Assembly: GCF_963853765.1 (NCBI RefSeq) | Contig: NC_088855.1 | Span: 58,342,001-58,406,000 of the forward strand | Source: Magallana gigas | Lineage: Eukaryota | Reading direction: 5' to 3' | Length of the DNA: 64,000 nt | In this document: positions 61,865 through 64,000 of the stretch, in pieces | How the letters are laid out: each line of letters begins with the position of its first letter | Position numbering within the stretch: position 1 is the first letter of the stretch | The notes under the pieces: model-generated | What the model was told of the DNA's origin: nothing | The model's input: the letters and a program-made list of their open reading frames with translations, nothing else | Database searches by the model: none | Position numbers and translations under genes: made by a program

Positions 61865-62990
61865 GAACTAGTTCGCCTCCACGTTGTTCTTGGTCGGCCT
61901 TTCCTCCTTTTCTGGGATCCGTCTTAGTGCCACTCTTATGATGTCGTTTGTTGGTTTTCTAAAGACATGTCTATTGACCTATTCCTCTCCAGTTGTATTT
62001 CCTAAGTAATGTCCTCATATCTGTTGTTTCATGTAGATTTTTGTTGTTAATTTTTGATGGCCAGAATTTTCTCAAGATCTTTTTAAGGCAGCCATTATGG
62101 AAACTTGATTGTTTATGTCCCTTTCTGTCATCCTCTGGCAGCATTCGGCACCATACATTAGGACAGATAGTACACTTGATCTTAGTGCGACTCTATTTGA
62201 TTTTCCATAAATTCTTAATTTTGAGAAAGGATCCTTTACCGAATCTTGCTACTATGTCCTTGTCAGCACCGCCCACTGATGTCAATACACTTCCATGCTA
62301 TGTAAATCTAATATTTTTACGATTTAGTTGAATTTTTTGGTGGGATTTTGTATTAAGAGACATCTTGGCCACAGCGGCTTTTTCCTTTTCTGAAGCCTGC
62401 CAGTTCTTGCTTTAGCTTGTTGTCGTCTGTTGTCTTAATTTTGTTGTAAACAGTTATTTTACTAAAGATCTTGGTTGGTGCAGATAGTAAAGTTATACCT
62501 CTCCAATGGTTTTAGTCTGTGAGATAACTGAGATTTCTTTTTTTTTTTATTAGTTTGACAAAGTTAACTTCAAACAATGTTGTTGATATCATATTTTTCT
62601 TTCATATCATGCAGAAAAGAGGATAAAGAATGTATGCTGCTAGGGTAGGGTCTGCTTTGAAGATTTCGGTTGGTAAGTTGCCATTCCTAGGGACTTTATC
62701 GTACTTCAAACTCTTGATTGCTGTGACTATTTCTAATGTTGATGGTTTGTCAGTATTGATCTCCAAGTCGGCGTTTTCTTCAGGTACTTAGTACGTCTGA
62801 TCTGTTGTTAGAGTCTGGGGGGTTCAATATCCCCTCAAAGTGTTCTTTCCATCTTTGATATTTCTCTTTTTCAGATGTCATCATTGTGCCCTGCTGAACT
62901 CTTATTGGCATACATGCATATCTTTTATGTCCGCAAATTTTTGTTTATCTAATAAGCATCAATCATCCTCTGCTTACATGCTGCTATCTC
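61865..62990 (-). mobile_element. Decayed RTE-clade LINE ORF2 fragments
   Basis: Minus-strand peptides QRWKEHFEGILN, EIVTAIKSLKYDKVPRNGNLPTEIFKADP, QELAGFRKGK, GSVLTSVGGADKDI, WPSKINNK and GHVFRKPTNDIIRVAL..RPTK, broken by stops, frameshifts and an internal deletion. Confidence 0.82.
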
Positions 62991-64000
62991 AGCTCCGTTT
63001 GCCATATTGTCAATGACGTATTTACTGTCACCTTTTGTGGCATTTTTTTTTTACTTTTTTTTTTAGATGGAGATGCCTTTGGAGAAGGTGTATGCAACAG
63101 TTTTGATCTAGTAAGAAATAGAAATAAAATTTGATCATGTCCGCGAAGGCTGAAGCTTTCTCCATTACAGTTTGATAATCAAATTTAATGAAAATCAAGT
63201 AAACGTTTGTTGTAAAGACACTGCAATGAGATGTGTTTGCTGACATGTATTTTCCCACGCAAGATATAACTGTATGCTCTTACAGCACAAATTGAATGTT
63301 AAACTGCTTTTAGTTACTTTAGTAATGCATTTATGAGTCGTCGCATCATGACACTCGATATACGGGTTTTTGTGCAATATAACAGCTGTCCTTGATGTTC
63401 AAATGAAACGAGTGATCCAAGGTTATCAATTTATCACTGCTGTATACTTGTCTCCATTAGCGAGAAATTCACCCATTAAGGGTGATTTTTAAGGACAAAT
63501 TAGGCTACCAGGGTGCAAATTTTTGTTTTTAACACCCATGCGATGCAAAGTGATTTTTAGATTAATTTTTGCCTGGTGATTTCAATATGACTGGTTTTTT
63601 TTCTTTAAATTCGAATAGCCATGCCTGTCTGTCCGTAAGTTCGTTCATGTAGGCCTATATATTCAGAAATCGATCTTTTAGACATTGTAGGACGTCACAG
63701 TCAGGGTTCACAAGCACTGTTTATTTTGGTTTAGATTTATTCCTCAGTTCCTCGTACAAAGTAATCAGTCACTAGAGGTAAACAGATTTATCCAAATTAA
63801 GGCTATCATTACTGTTGTTAATTTAGCCTGAACTTTCAAACTCAGAATTCTCTAATCCACAAAAAAAAACGGAGAATGCGCGAAATGCACTCAAATGTCA
63901 AAGGTCGACTTCAAAGTAAGGTGACTGAATCCTGATAAGGAAAATAAATTTTTTGTTTATTAATTTTTATTTCTCATTTCTACTTGTAAACGCTTTGTTT

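Overview
AT-rich animal genomic DNA from a scaffold-level assembly with two N gaps (3121-3250, 5555-5717). It is most likely a Crassostrea/Magallana oyster, because it carries a Cg170-type ~166-bp Helentron satellite and typical oyster MITEs. Seven protein-coding genes were reconstructed by hand from splice signals and protein motifs: SLC23 nucleobase/ascorbate transporter (-, runs off the left edge), a DZIP3-type HEPN + nSTAND3 NTPase + ankyrin-like protein (-), syntaxin-16 (-), an intronless 491-aa multipass membrane protein of unknown family (-), a C18orf63/DUF4708 orthologue (-), an MFSD4/NAGLT1-like MFS transporter (+) and a TTC38-like TPR protein (-). Intergenic and intronic DNA is dense in non-autonomous DNA transposons (Helentron/HINE, Kolobok-like, hAT-like with 5-bp TSD, Ginger-like, Crypton-like hairpins), plus one decayed RTE LINE and several mini- and microsatellites. 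The most notable observations are: (1) an NLR/Avs-like HEPN-STAND-ANK immune candidate with an intact RxxxxH RNase motif on its own phase-1 exon; (2) tandem repeats built from the exon end plus the splice donor in four different genes, including ~57 in-frame 42-bp copies in TTC38; (3) an AT-AC U12 intron plus two GC-AG introns in one gene; (4) two different TTAA-flanked elements that each carry a tRNA-like Pol III promoter. All family assignments come from motif recognition, not database searches.
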